Both the position numbers and the translations under genes were made by a program. DNA of 64,000 bases, from assembly GCA_013239625.1 (NCBI GenBank), contig MU054204.1, forward strand, positions 86,879-150,878, read 5' to 3'. The stretch is from Lama guanicoe. Lineage: Eukaryota. Shown in pieces: positions 50,572 through 64,000 of the stretch. The notes beneath the pieces were generated by a model, which saw only the letters and a list, made by a program, of their open reading frames with translations, ran no database searches and was not told where the DNA came from. The first letter of the stretch is position 1. Every line of letters starts with the position of its first letter.

Positions 50572-53215
50572 TATGGCAAACAGATGTTAAAGTGGCAACC
50601 ATAATCTATACTTATGGCACTCATATGCCTGTGTAACCCACTCCCCTTGAGTAGGGGTGTAACCCATGATTTGCTCCTAACCAACAGAATATAGCAAAGG
50701 TGATGAAATATCTCTCTTGTGATTACATTGTGTTATACAGTGTCCCTCGGTATCTGTGGGGGATTGGTTCCAGGACCATCTGCGGATACCAAAATCTTAT
50801 ACAAAATGGTGTCATTTTCAGTATGGAGATTCCTTTAAAAACTAAAAATAAAGTTACCATATGATCTAGCAATCCCAATCCTGGGCATATACCTAGAGAA
50901 AACTCTAACTCGAAAAGATACTTTCACACCAATGTTCACAGAAGCACTATTTACAATAGCCAAGACATGGAAACAACTCAAATGTCCACTGAAAGATGAC
51001 TGGATAAGGAAGATGTGGTATGTGTATATATATCCAATGGAATACTACTCAGCCATAACAAATAATGAAATAATGCCATTTTCAGCAACATGGATGGACC
51101 TAGGTATTATCATACTAAGTGAAGTAAGTCATACAGAGAAAGACAAATATCATATGATATCACTTATATGTGGAACCTAAAAAAGATACAAATGAACTTA
51201 TTTACAAAGCAGAAACAGACTCACAGACATAAAAAACAAATGTATCATTACCAGAGGGGAGGGATAAATTAGGAGTTTGGGATCAGCAGATACAAACTAC
51301 TATATGCAAAATAGGTAAATAACAAGATCCTACTGTATAGCACAGGGAACTATATTCAATAACCTGTAATTAAAAAGAATATGAAAAAGAATATATATAT
51401 ATATATATAACAGAATCACTGTGCTGTACACCAGAAACTAACACAACATTGTAAATCAGCTATACTTCAATAAAAAAAATTTACTGGTGTTGTTTTTGTG
51501 TAAAGCTTATGTATATCATCTTGTATACTTTAAATCATCTGTAGATTACTTATAATACCTAATGCAGCTGTCATCCTGAAGTAGATTTCCTTCTGGATAC
51601 AAGCCCAGGAGTGGGATTCCTGGGTCATATGGTAAGTCTATTCCTAGTCTCTTGAGGAATCTCCACACTGTTTTCCATAGTGGCTGCACCAAACTGCATT
51701 CCCACCAGCAGTGTAGGAGGGTTCCCCTTTCTCCACAGCCTCTCCAGCATTTGTCATTTGTGGATTTTTGAATGACGGCCATTCTGACTGGTGTGAGGTG
51801 ATACCTCATTGTAGTTTTGATTTGCATTTCTCTGATAATTAGTGATATTGAACATTTTTTCATGTGCTTTTTGATCATTTNNNNNNNNNNNNNNNNNNNN
51901 NNNNNNNNNNNNNNNNNNNNNNNNNNNNNNNNNNNNNNNNNNNNNNNNNNNNNNNNNNNNNNNNNNNNNNNNNNNNNNNNNNNNNNNNNNNNNNNNNNNN
52001 NNNNNNNNNNNNNNNNNNNNNNNNNNNNNNNNNNNNNNNNNNNNNNNNNNNNNNNNNNNNNNNNNNNNNNNNNNNNNNNNNNNNNNNNNNNNNNNNNNNN
52101 NNNNNNNNNNNNNNNNNNNNNNNNNNNNNNNNNNNNNNNNNNNNNNNNNNNNNNNNNNNNNNNNNNNNNNNNNNNNNNNNNNNNNNNNNNNNNNNNNNNN
52201 NNNNNNNNNNNNNNNNNNNNNNNNNNNNNNNNNNNNNNNNNNNNNNNNNNNNNNNNNNNNNNNNNNNNNNNNNGAGAATGTCATTCTAAGTGAAGTAAGC
52301 CAGAAAGAGAAAGAAAAATACCATATGAGATCGCTCATATGTGGAATCTAAAAAACAAAAACAAAAACAAACAAACAAACAAAAACAAAGCATAAATACA
52401 GGACAGAAATAGACTCACAGACAGAGAATACAGACTTGTGGTTATCAGGGGGGTGGAGGGTGGGAAGGGATAGACTGGGATTTCAAAATTGTAGAATAGA
52501 TAAACAAGATTACACTGTATAGCACAGGGAAATATACACAAAATGTTATGATAACTCACAGAGAAAAAAATGTGACAATGAGTGTGTATATGGCCATGAA
52601 TGACTGAAAAATTGTGCTGAACACTGGAATTTGACACAACATTGTAAAATGATTATAAATCAATAAAAAATTTTAAAAAAAGAATGACAAATCAATTAGC
52701 AAAAGAAAAAAACCTAATGCAATGTAAATGTTATGTGAATAGCTGTAAATACACTGTAAATAGTTGTCAGAGCACAGAAAATTCAAGTTTTGCTTTTTGG
52801 AACTTTCTGCAACATTTTTCTAATATTTTCAATCTGTGCTTGGTTGAATCCGTGGATATGGAACCCATGGATACAGAGGGCCAACTGTATATGACACCAT
52901 CTTGCTAGCTGACTAGTTCTCTCTCCCTTTGCTGGCTTTGAACAACAAGGTGCCATGAATCCTACAACCATGAGGAACTGAATGGTGCCAGCAACTACAT
53001 GAGTAGGGAAGCAGATTGTTCCTTAGTCAAGCCTCCAGATGAGGATCCAGCCCTGGCCAGCACTTTTAATTGTGACCTTGCAAGACCCTAAGCAGAGGAC
53101 TCATCTAAACCATGCCCAGACTTCTAACAAAAGAAATTATGATATAATAAATGATTGGTGTTTTAAGATGCTAAGATTGCAGTGATTTGTTACACAGCCT
53201 AGAAAACCCAATACA
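50572..53215 (+). mobile_element. MLT1 solo LTR containing a MER2B-type MITE (50738-52887), which in turn holds two L1 insertions (~50813-51480 and 51567-52711)
   Basis: 5-bp TSD gagcc/gagtc; MITE terminal repeats cagtgtccctcggtatc / gatacagagggccaactg with TA on both sides; L1 TSD acctaatgca. Confidence 0.85.
51881..52273. other. Assembly gap (393 N) inside a young L1
   Basis: Run of n characters. Confidence 1.
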
Positions 53216-56200
53216 GAGTCATAGCTCCATCATTCATGAGCTGTGTGATTCTTCCCTTCTTTGCCTTGACTTGCTCATCTGTAAAATAGGAAATGATAAC
53301 CATGCAAATGCTTGCCCTACCTCCTTACTTTAGAATCCAATGAATGTGGAAGCTCTTTGTAAACCATAAAGCCTTGTACAAATATGTGGAACAGCTATTA
53401 TTTTTCTTCCCAGACTCTCCAAGACTGAGCAGCTGAAGCAGTTGATCTTGAAAAAAGAGAAGATGGGAAACAAATAACCCAAAGACTACAGTGGCCTAAA
53501 ACTGACAATGGATTATCTGGCCCATGTTGGCATATATGATTTTATGAAAAACAATCCCTGTGGGCAGATTGAAACATTTCAAGCTGTTTGGAAGACATCT
53601 TAGCTAGATCCCTAAGGTATCTGGCTTCTTTGGCCTCAGACTACCCAAGGAGCCTGGTACAATGTTACATCCCTTTCTCTTCACCCACCCTACTCCCAAA
53701 TTGTCACTTTACAAAAGTCAGTTTCAAAAGCCATTGTCCAATAGCCTCAATACTTCTGTGTCACTGCCTGAGGCCATGGAGGTTATAGGGAGATGTGATG
53801 ACCTAAAGCTCTTGCCAGGTGGTGACTAAGGCTGCTGACAACTGAGGGAGGGTTGAGTTCCTTTCAAAACAGACCAGCAGTTCTTATGGCCACTTACAGC
53901 TATTCAATCTTATGAACCTGAACTAGGGGAAAAAAGGTTTGCTGCATGCTGCGGGCACTAGACCATCTGTACAGGTTGCTCACCCATTCTGGTCTTCCTT
54001 GAAATAGCAAATGTAGGTGTTGGACAACCCCCTCTTCATAGACCTTGCTCCAATCCCATCCTGCTCCATATTTTGGCATAATAAATGGCCTTCAAGGCCC
54101 TGTATGATTTGGCCCTGCCTACTTCTTCTTGGTTCTCCTTCTAGGCACCATCTGGCTCTTCCTCAAACACTGGTTTAGGGCCTTCTTTTAGCCATGGGGA
54201 CTCTACCATAGAATAAAGAAAGCCCCACCAGTGCCACCACCACCAATAATAATAACAATCATAGCTACAATCAATCTACCACTTACTATGTGCTGGGTAC
54301 CTTCCTAAGCTTGTTGCCTATATTAATCCATTCATCACCATGACAATCCTATTAAGAATGTACTGATCTTATCAACTCCATTTTATGGATGAAGATATCA
54401 ATGTGCAGGTCCTACTGCTAAGATGTAGTGGTACTGTGATTTGAACCCAGATACATTGAGAAGGAAAGCTATGCTCTTAATCATCAGGCTATGCTTTGCT
54501 TTTTGTGTGTTTGTCTATCTCTCCCACCACACTGTGTGTTCCTTATGAGCAGCAATTTTGTGCCCAGTCCCAGTACAGTGTTTGGCACATAGTCGTGCTT
54601 AATAAGTGGTTATTGGGTGAGTGAATAAATGAATCCACAGTGAAAAGAGCACAGTATTTGGAGTCAGAAATCCTAGTGTCCAGCCTAGTATTTATTTTCT
54701 AACAGTTTTTGTGGCTTTGAGCAAGTGAATCAACCTATCAAACTTTCTCAGTCCAACTAACATAGTGTTTATTTCCACGTGTGGGTTCTGCAGACAAGCT
54801 ATGTTCAAAATAAGGTACCACCTCTTACTGGCAGTGACCTTGAGCAAGTCCCTTATCCTTTCTGGGCTTAGTTTCCTAAACTTTAAAATTAGATCATTTG
54901 TAATGACTAGGTCAAAGGCTTGTTGTGAGCTAATACAGACACAATGCTTAGAACACTACCTGGGACATAGCAAGTGCTTCATGCATATTGGTCTTTTATG
55001 TGATTATTATGCTTTAATATTTTCACATCTGAAAATGAGGATAAGAATATTTATTTCATCAGGTTGTCATGAGGATCAAATGAGTCAAAAGATGTAGAAG
55101 TGCCCCATCATTTTAATAGCACAGTGCAGATACTACAACTAAACTTAGAAAACATCCCAAATCAGTTCAGGCCCTGAAGCTCAGATTCTGTGTAGCTGAA
55201 CTTCACACTCACAGGCAAGTGGCACCCCCCCCACCAAAAGGTTGTATAAAGACACTAGTGTTGGTCCTGCCCGTGCTAAGAGGCCCACAACTCCCAGATT
55301 ATGTGTGAGCATAGTGTTATATAAATAGAGACCTTCCCTTGTGTGGGTTGTGGGCTACAGGCTACAAAGTCTTCCGGATGGCTGGCATTTCCCCCTAAAA
55401 GGGACCAGGAGGTGGTCAGGGTTTGGCAGGAAGAGAGAACGACAAGAAGAAAGGATTTGTGAAGCCTTAAGAAAAGTTTCCACCCGCTGCACCATAGATC
55501 TCCACTAAGAGAGGGGAGGGACCAAAACACAGAGCAAATGAGCGACTTGGGTTAGATCTGTGTATCACAGCCCAGTCTATATATTTTCTACCTGGGACAC
55601 CATGAGTGAGAAGGAGAAATTGGGAAGAGCAGCAGGAGTCAAGCAGCGCTCCAGCAACCCTGATTCCCAAGAAGAAAGAGAGTAGGGAGGGAAATAACCA
55701 CCTATGGCCCTAAAATGCCCCAGACTAGCACGTAGGAAGGGCCCAAGATGATTACAGTTTACACGTACTAAGATTTCCAGAGACAAGGGTGGCCAGATTC
55801 TGCTCTGGCTGTGACCTTCTTTGGTCTGCTTACAACAAGGGCCTCATCCACCCAGTCTCACGGAGGGCAAGAAGGATCTAATAACTTCAAGCAAGAAAAA
55901 CACATTTTTTTAGCAACAAGAAAAAGCGAAGGGTCTGGAAAAATCCCCATTTGGATCCTCAGAGCCCCTTTCTGCTGGCAGCTGCTGACTGAGGTTTGAG
56001 TGGGAGTGTACACAGGGGAAAGAAGGGAGGGAGAGATTTCTGCACAGACTGGACTGAGGGACTGATCTAAAGGAGGCTGGGTTAAGTATAAGAAAGTCCA
56101 GTGCCCGACTGGTACCAGAAGGACAGCAGTGTGTAGAGGTTGCAGGTGACTAGCATCGAGATGGCCACACCAACAGCCCACTGACTGTTTGATAGAAGAG

Positions 56201-56785
56201 GGGCTGCTGAGAGAGGCCTTTGTGAGGTTTGGAAAGCCTAGGAGACCTCAGATTGGATGCGAGAGCGATGCTATACATCTGTGATTGTAATCTGATTTCA
56301 ACGGAAAAATACAGCTATGACGATGTGGCTAGCTGCTTGACTGGATTAAGTACATCCATTGCTCATCAACTAGATTTTAATATGGATTTCCTGAGCACTG
56401 GGTCCTAGTCTCAGGAGAAGGGGATTATAGTAGATACAAAAGGCTAAGACTTAGTCTTTGCTATCTAGTTGGGAAGATAAAACAAACTGTTGGGTTCCAT
56501 TGTGAAATGTACTAGAGGGCCAAAAGCATGAGCTCAGAGACCCCAGGAACGCAAAAGTGGACTAAGCTACTGGATCTTAAGGAATGTTTAGATTTGTGAA
56601 GAGAGGAAGAAGGAAAGACAAGAAGGGCAGGGAAGAAATACTCCAGGCAAGGGAACAACTTGAGTAAAGGCTTGGAGGTTCAAATGAGCACAGTCTATTC
56701 CAGATACACGATCCTCATGTGATATAACCCATGACCCTTATTCAAGACACTTCCTCCACTCTTTGATCACAGATTTGGCCATGCA

Positions 56786-56800
56786 GATAGATGGATAGCT

Positions 56801-56850
<50 letters not shown>
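56786..56850 (+). repeat. (GATA)n microsatellite
   Basis: Direct tandem gata repeats. Confidence 0.95.
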
Positions 56851-57672
56851 GAGACAGATAAAGTGGTCCTGGGCCAAGAAATAGAATGATATTTAATTAT
56901 TCTGGGTTTGTCATTAATTAACTACATACTAATTCAATAATTCATTATGACTTTGGACAGGTCATTTATTCTCTGTGGCCCTTGTTTTTTCATCTGCAGC
57001 AGGCCCCCAGACTCTTAACCTAAAGGGGATTCTGTCTCTTTTCTAGCCTCTCCTTCACCCACCTACTCTTTACACTGCTTCATTCTCCCAGGAAACCAGA
57101 GAATAATTCTGTGAAGTGATCTAATCAGAGGCAATGACACCAACTGCCAAAGCCCATGACAGCCTGAGTCCCCTCCATTCTCCTGCTCCCAGGATTGAAG
57201 TTTAGACTCAGGGAGCTGGGCAGGGGAAGGGACCCCAGTGTGGACATGGGGCCATGACTGCTGCAGCAGAAACAGCCCTGTGTCTTTGGGAGGCAGAGAT
57301 TTCAGTCTCCCACCTTGAACCCTAAGTGCTCCTCTTGGCTTGGCAAATCTTTCAGATCACCTGCTCCCACCATCTCTACCTGGTGGAGGATGCCCCTCTG
57401 CAGCCTTCCAGCCAAGCGTCCCCTCCCAGTTTCCAAGTGAACTGGGGCAGACCTGGAAGCTTCCTGCCTCGGCAGGCACAGGATTCCACTTGACAGAATG
57501 TTCTTCCTGCTGCTGAGCCAACCCTGCTCTCCTGTAACTTCCTTCTACACACCCACGTTCTGCCCTCAGGACAACCAACCAGACAGGACTGCTCCTTATT
57601 CTCAGGAATGTCCTTCACATATTTGAACACAGCTACCTCTACCATTCTTGCTCCCTAGCCAGACCCCCTTTC

Positions 57673-57673
57673 C

Positions 57674-57717
<44 letters not shown>
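57673..57717 (+). repeat. Compound (CT)n(CA)n microsatellite
   Basis: ctctct... followed by cacaca... Confidence 0.95.
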
Positions 57718-57718
<1 letters not shown>

Positions 57719-60485
57719 AGTTCCTCTGATATATAATTAACATACCATACAATTTTTCATTTATTTAAATCTGTACCATTCAATACTTTTGAGCTTATTC
57801 ATAGAGTTGGTCAACTGTAACCATAATCAAAAAGAAATCTTATACTTGTTATCAACCCATTTCTCTTGAGTACCTGAGGCCGAGGCAGCCACTTATCTAC
57901 TTCATTTCACTATTGTTTTGTCTATTCTGGAAAATTCATATAAATGATGTTGGAAAATGGGTTTTAGTCATACTCTATGGAACTTTGGGTAAGTCATGTT
58001 ACCTCTCTATGACTCAGTCTCCCAAGCATCAAAAATAGTAATATTGGTTTCTATGTCATAGGGTAATAATGAGGCTTAAACAAGCTAATCTATATAAAAC
58101 ACTTAGTAGAGGGTTTACTTTTATTACTTCTTTTTACCAAGTGATTTTCCTGATCATCGATCTCACGTTCAACTGATGTGTTCTCATTCAAATAGAGCAG
58201 AGCAGGACCTGGGGTGATAATGGAAGAATTTAGGTAATGTTCAGTGTATCTAGTAGTCCATTAAAGCATGCTCCAATGGAGTGGCCTCAGCACTGAAGCA
58301 GGTATTGTAGGGTCTCTGTTGGGCTGGACACTAACTCACTAATTTCTGAGACAAAGAGAGATCAAGGGTCCAGGGGATCATTAGGGTCACAGAGGAGGCA
58401 CTTGGGGGCTTCTGGGATATTGCTATTTACCAAACACTATGGAAGGATTTCAATATCTGAGCAACCACTATGGCCATCTCATTGTGTACTGGGTGGAGAT
58501 CAGACCTGAGCAGGTCCATTATCTTCCTTGCTACTAACACCATAATTCTGGTTCTGCAGAATGTATTCTCACTTCTGTTTGGTGACTACCCTAAACTGCC
58601 CTGTGGATTGAGATAGAAGCCCTCAAACCTTTTCTATTCAGGCTGCTGATAAGCTCCACCATCCCTTAATAAACTCTCCCAGGTCATGTTTTAAATGTAA
58701 GTTCAGAATCTTAGATTAACGAATGTGATTCATGTGGATTGTTAAGCTCCTTGAATTAGGGTGTGTGCTCAAACTAGACCTTCAAAAGGGGCTGGCAATG
58801 GCAGTGGTGATAACCTGGCTCCCATATTTGTTCCTTGGCTCCTCAGAAGTGGAAGGGACTCTGTTAAGTCTTGCCTTTGACCATGAAATTAGAATATGCT
58901 ACACTTTGAGAGAAGAAATGGACTGAAGAAAGTGAAGGAGATGGAAAGATTCTAAAAGGGATCAAACTTCTGATCTGAACAGAGATGTGGTGACATCTGA
59001 CTCATTTTGGTTCCAAGCAGTTCTCCAGGTGGAGGCTGATCTGGGAATGTCAGCCAGGAAGGGGGCTTCAGAAGTGCAGACAGAAAGAGCCTCAGGCCAA
59101 GTGGAGACATTCTAGGAAATGTAACTGAGAAGAAGAGGAAGGCAAGTAGAAAAATGACCCTGAAGTGAGGACAGCAAATGGACTTCTGGTCCAACAGTAC
59201 TGTATGAAGTAGTGGGCATCAAGGACAGGCAAATGGGGTTGGAGGTGGTATCTGGAAATTTTCACCTGGGACCCAAACTAGCAAAGTATTTCCAATCTTA
59301 TTTGAAGGGTTGGGTTTTTTGCTATTTGTCTGACTGATCTCCCATTGGTGCTGAAAGAGAGCAGCTGGTACAAACAGGTGGGGCATAGCTCTGTTTAAGC
59401 TGAGAGCTTATCATCTAAGGGTCCAGTGTAGTGATGAGGGCAGCCTGTCTAGTGAGGAAGGCAGAGGCTCTTTTTGAACTAGGTAGCAGGTGGCTGGTAT
59501 CTGAGGACTTGAAGAAATAAAAGTATCTCCTTAGAAGGCTGTGGAGCAGCTTGGCGGGAGTAGGGAGAGGGTAGGATTGCAGCTTCACTTTTTGCTCAAC
59601 TCTCGTAGCTGAGTGCTGTGGGTTTGGGAGCAGGTATTCAAAAGACCATAAGGTGCTCTGTACGGGGCCTCAGAACTGATGCTCACTGATGCGGATGCCT
59701 ACTCCCCAAATCTTTCTTGAGCACTGTGCTATGAATACTTGCTAATAAAAACCCTGACCTGTCTAATAAGGCCAGAGTGTCTTTCCAATGGGAAACCATC
59801 CTGGAGGCAGAGCTAGTTATCTCCATCCCCAAGGCTAAGTCTCTCTTCCATTTCATCTGCTTTCATAATGTGATTAAGAGCAGAGTCTTACCTAAGCTCA
59901 AAGTCTCACCCTGACACTTTCTAACTCTTAACTTCACCTTTCTGTGACTCAGTCTCCTCATCTGTATAATGGTGATAATGAGAGAATCTGCCTTTTAGAG
60001 TTCTTGTGATGAATCATATTGTAGGACATGTGCTTAGAACAGAGCTTATCATGTACTAATAATAAATGTTATGATTTGGATTCTGGCTTATGATCCAATT
60101 TAGTCATAGCCCTTCCTGCTTTGTGTCTTCTGTAAATGTCCCAAACTAAGCCACTGAAAAAATAATGTTGGCACCAAAAGGAATCTCCCTTTCCCTTCTT
60201 TCCAGCCTCCCATTCAGTTTTCTGACCAATCTGAATATGTACTTCCGGCACATACATGTATACATCCTGTAGTTACTGTGGTCTCATCTCTCACCCTGGC
60301 TGCACTATTCTAGGACCACTCCTCCCATCATCCTCTATTCCTCTATATTATCACAGACTTCTTCTCCCAGGAGGCTGCTCCTTCTATCTTTCCTCCTTCC
60401 TCTCTGCCTTCTTCACCCCCTAGCTGCACTCACCATCCATCCATCGAGTCAGACAAGCCAGATATCTAAGAGCATCATCTTAGAT

Positions 60486-60702
60486 CAAGAGTCAGCAACT
60501 TTTTTCTGTAAATAACCAGATAGTAAATATTTTAGATTGCAAGGGCCGCATAGCATGTCTGTCACAACTATTCAACTCTGCCATTGTAGTACAAAAGCAG
60601 CCTTAGACAATACATAAGCCAATGGGTGTGGCTGTGTTCCAATAAAACTTTATTTACAAACACAGGCAGTGGGCCAGATCTGGCCAACAGGCTGTAGTTT
60701 GA
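60486..60702. mobile_element. MER58A-like hAT MITE
   Basis: ccagatagtaaatattttag...ctctgccattgtag...tggctgtgttccaataaaactttattta. Confidence 0.9.
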
Positions 60703-61349
60703 TAAGAATTATTGCAGTGCATTTCTTTCTACTTAATACCCATTCTCTTATACAACGAATAGAAAATATTTCAAATTTGTTCACATCCTGCCAATTCCAC
60801 TACCTCCACCCTGGACTAAGCCACTGTCATCTTTTCCCTGGACCAGTCATTGTAGGATCCTCTTGATTGGTTTCTCTGATTCTATTCTTGTCCTCCTATA
60901 GTCCACTCTTCATATAGCATCCAGAATGTTCCTTTAAAATCCATACCTGATCATGTTGCCCTTCTACTTAAAGCCATTCAGTGGCTTCACACTTTTCTTA
61001 GGATAAAGATCCAGCTCCTGAATATGGCTTATATCATGCTGCATGATCTGACCCTGCCTCTCTTTTCTTTTTAGGATTTTTGCCTACCACTTTCTCCCTA
61101 ATCACCTTGTCTTAGCCACACTGGCCTTCTTTTTCTTTCTTTCTTTCTTTTTTTTTCACACACTGGCCTTCCTTTAGTTCTTCAAACATGCCAAGCTCCT
61201 TTATACCTAAGGACCTTTGCATAAGCTTTTACTTGCACTAAAAATCTGCCTCCTCCCCATCCCTCCATCACTATTAATCCATGCTTAATTAATGGCTACT
61301 TATCCATCAACCCTCAACTCAAAGGCCATTTGCTTTTTAAAAAATTATC

Positions 61350-61425
61350 ATTATTTTAATGGAAGTACTGGGGATTGAACCCAGGACCTCATGCATGCTA
61401 AGCATGCACTCTACCACTGAGCTAT
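61350..61425 (-). mobile_element. tRNA-Ala-derived SINE (vic-1-like)
   Basis: atggaagtactggggattgaacccaggacctcatgcatgctaagcatgcactctaccactgagcta. Confidence 0.85.
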
Positions 61426-61709
61426 TATGAATCCCCAAGGCTATTTGCTTTGGAAAGCCTTCCCTAGTTATTCCGAGGCTAGAATAGTCCTCATATTAAT
61501 ACGCTTTCAGAACTCCCCATAATTTTCCTCCCTAGAATATATTGAAGTTTCTAATTTAGCAGTGGTTTGTGTGATTATTTGACTAAAACCTATCCTCCTT
61601 GCTAGGGTGTAAGTTTCATGACAGCAGAGACTGGGACTATCTTGTTGAGTACATAGATCCAGTCTTTAACAAAACTGGCTACTTAATAAGTTTTCATTAA
61701 AAAAAGGCT

Positions 61710-64000
61710 TCTTTGTTGAGGTATAATTGGCATACAATAAGCTGCACATATTAAAAAGTTACAATTTAATAAATTCTGATGTATGTGTATATCATGAAAC
61801 CATCACTGCAATCAACATAATGCTTATATCCATCACCCCCCCAAATTTCCTCTTACCCCTTTGTAATCTTTTCCTCCCCAGTCAATCAATAATCTGATTT
61901 CTGACACAATAGATTAGTTTGAATTTTCAAGTTTTTATTTTTTATTTTTTACGACTGGGAAGTTACTTTTAGTGTTGTCATTTTTTTTTCTTATCCAATT
62001 CCACCACTTCCTCCCCCCTCTTTTTTATTGTAGTAAAATACATATAGCATAAAATTTGTCATTTAAAAATTTTTAAATGTATAATTCAGTGGCATTATTA
62101 CATGAACAATGTTATGCAACCATCACCAGTATCTATTTCCAAAAACGTTTTCATCACTCCAGACAGAAACTCTGTAAACATTAAGCAATCATTCCCCTTT
62201 CTGTTTTTCCCCAAGACTCTGGTAACTGCTAATCTACTTTCTGTCCCTATGAATTTACCTCTTTTAGATATTTCATAAACTATTTGTTCTTGGTGTCTGG
62301 CTTATTTTACAGAGTGTATTGTTTTCAATGTGCATCCATATTGTAGCATGTGCCCATTTTCATGGCTGAATAATATTCCATTGTATGACTATACTATGCT
62401 TTTTTATACATTAGTCTGTTGATGGATGCTAGGGTTGCTTCCACCATTAAACTATTATGAATAATGCTGCACTGAACATTGGTGTACAAGTATCTGTTTG
62501 AAACTTGTTTTAAATTCTTTTGGATATATATCTAGGAGTAGACTATAGAATAGGAATATGGTAATTCTATATTTAGCTTTGTGGGGAACTGCCAAACTGT
62601 TTTTCACAGCAACTGAACCATTTTACATTCCTACCAGCAATGCATGTGTGGGTTCTAATTTCACCACATCCTTGCCAACATCTGATATTTTTCAATAAAA
62701 AAATTATAGCCATCACAGTAGATATGAAGAGGTATCACGTTGTGGATTTCATTTACATTTTCCTAATGACTACTGATGTCAAGCATTTTTTCATGTGCTT
62801 ATTGCCATTTGTATGTCTTCTTTAAATAAATGTCTACTCAAGTCCTTTTCACATTTTTCAATTGGATTGTTTGTCTTTAAAAGTTGTTGGATTGTTGAAG
62901 TTCTTTATATATTCTAGCTATTAAACCCTTGTCAGATATATGATTTTCAAATGTTTCTCCCATTGTGTAGGTTTCTTTTTACTTTCTATATTTAATGCAC
63001 AAACGTTAAAAAAATTTTATTCTCAAACATTTTAAATTTTAAGTCCACTTTAGCTAGTTTTTCTTTTGTTGCTCATACGTTTGGTGTCATATGGAAGAAT
63101 GCATAGCCAAATTCAAGGTCTTGAAGATTTACTTTTACATTTTCTTCTAAGAGTTTTATAGTTTTAACTCTTATATTTAGGTCATTGATAAATTTTGAGT
63201 TAATTTTTGTACATAATATAAGGCAGAGGTTCAAATTCATTCTTTTGCATATAGAAATCCAGCAATCCCAGCATAATTTGTTGAAGAAATTATTATTTCC
63301 CCATTGAGTGGATTTGGCACCCTTGTCAAACATCAATTGAGCAAGGATGTATGGGTTTATTTCTGGACTCTCAATTTCATGCCATTGGTCTATATGTCTA
63401 TCCTATGGAAGTACCATATGTTTTTTATTTTAAATTAGGGAGACTTTTTTTAATTGAAGTATAGTCAGTCACAATGTCAATTTGTGGCATACAGCATAAT
63501 GTTTCAATCATACATATAGATACATATATTCATTTTCATATTCTTTTTCATTATACATTATTACAAGATATTGAATACAGTTCTTTGTGCTATACAGAAG
63601 AAACTTGTTTTTTTATCTATTTTATATATAGTAGTTAGTATTTGTACATCTCAAATTCCCAATTTATCCCTTCCATCCCCTTTCCCCCAGGTAACCATAA
63701 GTTTGTTTACTATGTCTGTGAATTTGTTTCTGTTTTGTAGATAAGATCACCAGTGTCTTCTTTTTTCCTTCCTTTTCTTTTTTTTAGAGTGCACATATGA
63801 ATATAACATACGCTATTTTTTCTTTATATTTCTGGCTTACTTCACTTCGAATGACAATCTACAGATCCATCCATGTTGCTGCAAATAGCATTTTATTATT
63901 TTTTGTGGCTGAGTAATAGTTCATTGTATAAATATACCACAGCTTCTTTATCCAGTCATCTGTTGATGGATATTTAAGTTGTTTCCATGTCTTGGCTGTT
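61710..64000 (-). mobile_element. Stacked minus-strand L1 fragments (L1MB-type to ~63420, younger L1 3' end from ~63445)
   Basis: ORF2 remnant FDKGAKSTQWG..FNKLCW..WISICKRM; three separate poly(T)/3' ends. Confidence 0.9.

Noticed and set aside
51754..52338. Long ORFs made mostly of X
   Set aside because: Artefacts of the N gap.

Overview
Mammalian genomic DNA, probably camelid: four copies of a tRNA-Ala-derived vic-1-like SINE and young L1 3' ends are present, and BMP15 is X-linked in placental mammals. The only intact gene is the two-exon oocyte growth factor BMP15 on the minus strand (CDS 27342-27015 joined to 22987-22131, 394 aa). Most of the rest is interspersed repeat (L1, L2, MIR, MLT1/MLT2 LTRs, MER DNA transposons), with one 393-N assembly gap. 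Three observations stand out. (1) A decayed gene of about 20 exons, which I cannot name, starts about 2 kb downstream of the BMP15 stop and runs toward the left window edge. (2) An inversion of about 5.6 kb (~8251-13864) flips the middle exons of that gene; a split MLT2 LTR and a split L1 with matching target-site duplications (TSDs) support it independently. (3) A single provirus carries an ERVL (MLT2) 5' LTR but a MaLR (MLT1A-type) internal region and 3' LTR. Repeat family names come from my recall of consensus sequences, not from a search, and repeat boundaries are approximate unless a TSD is quoted.
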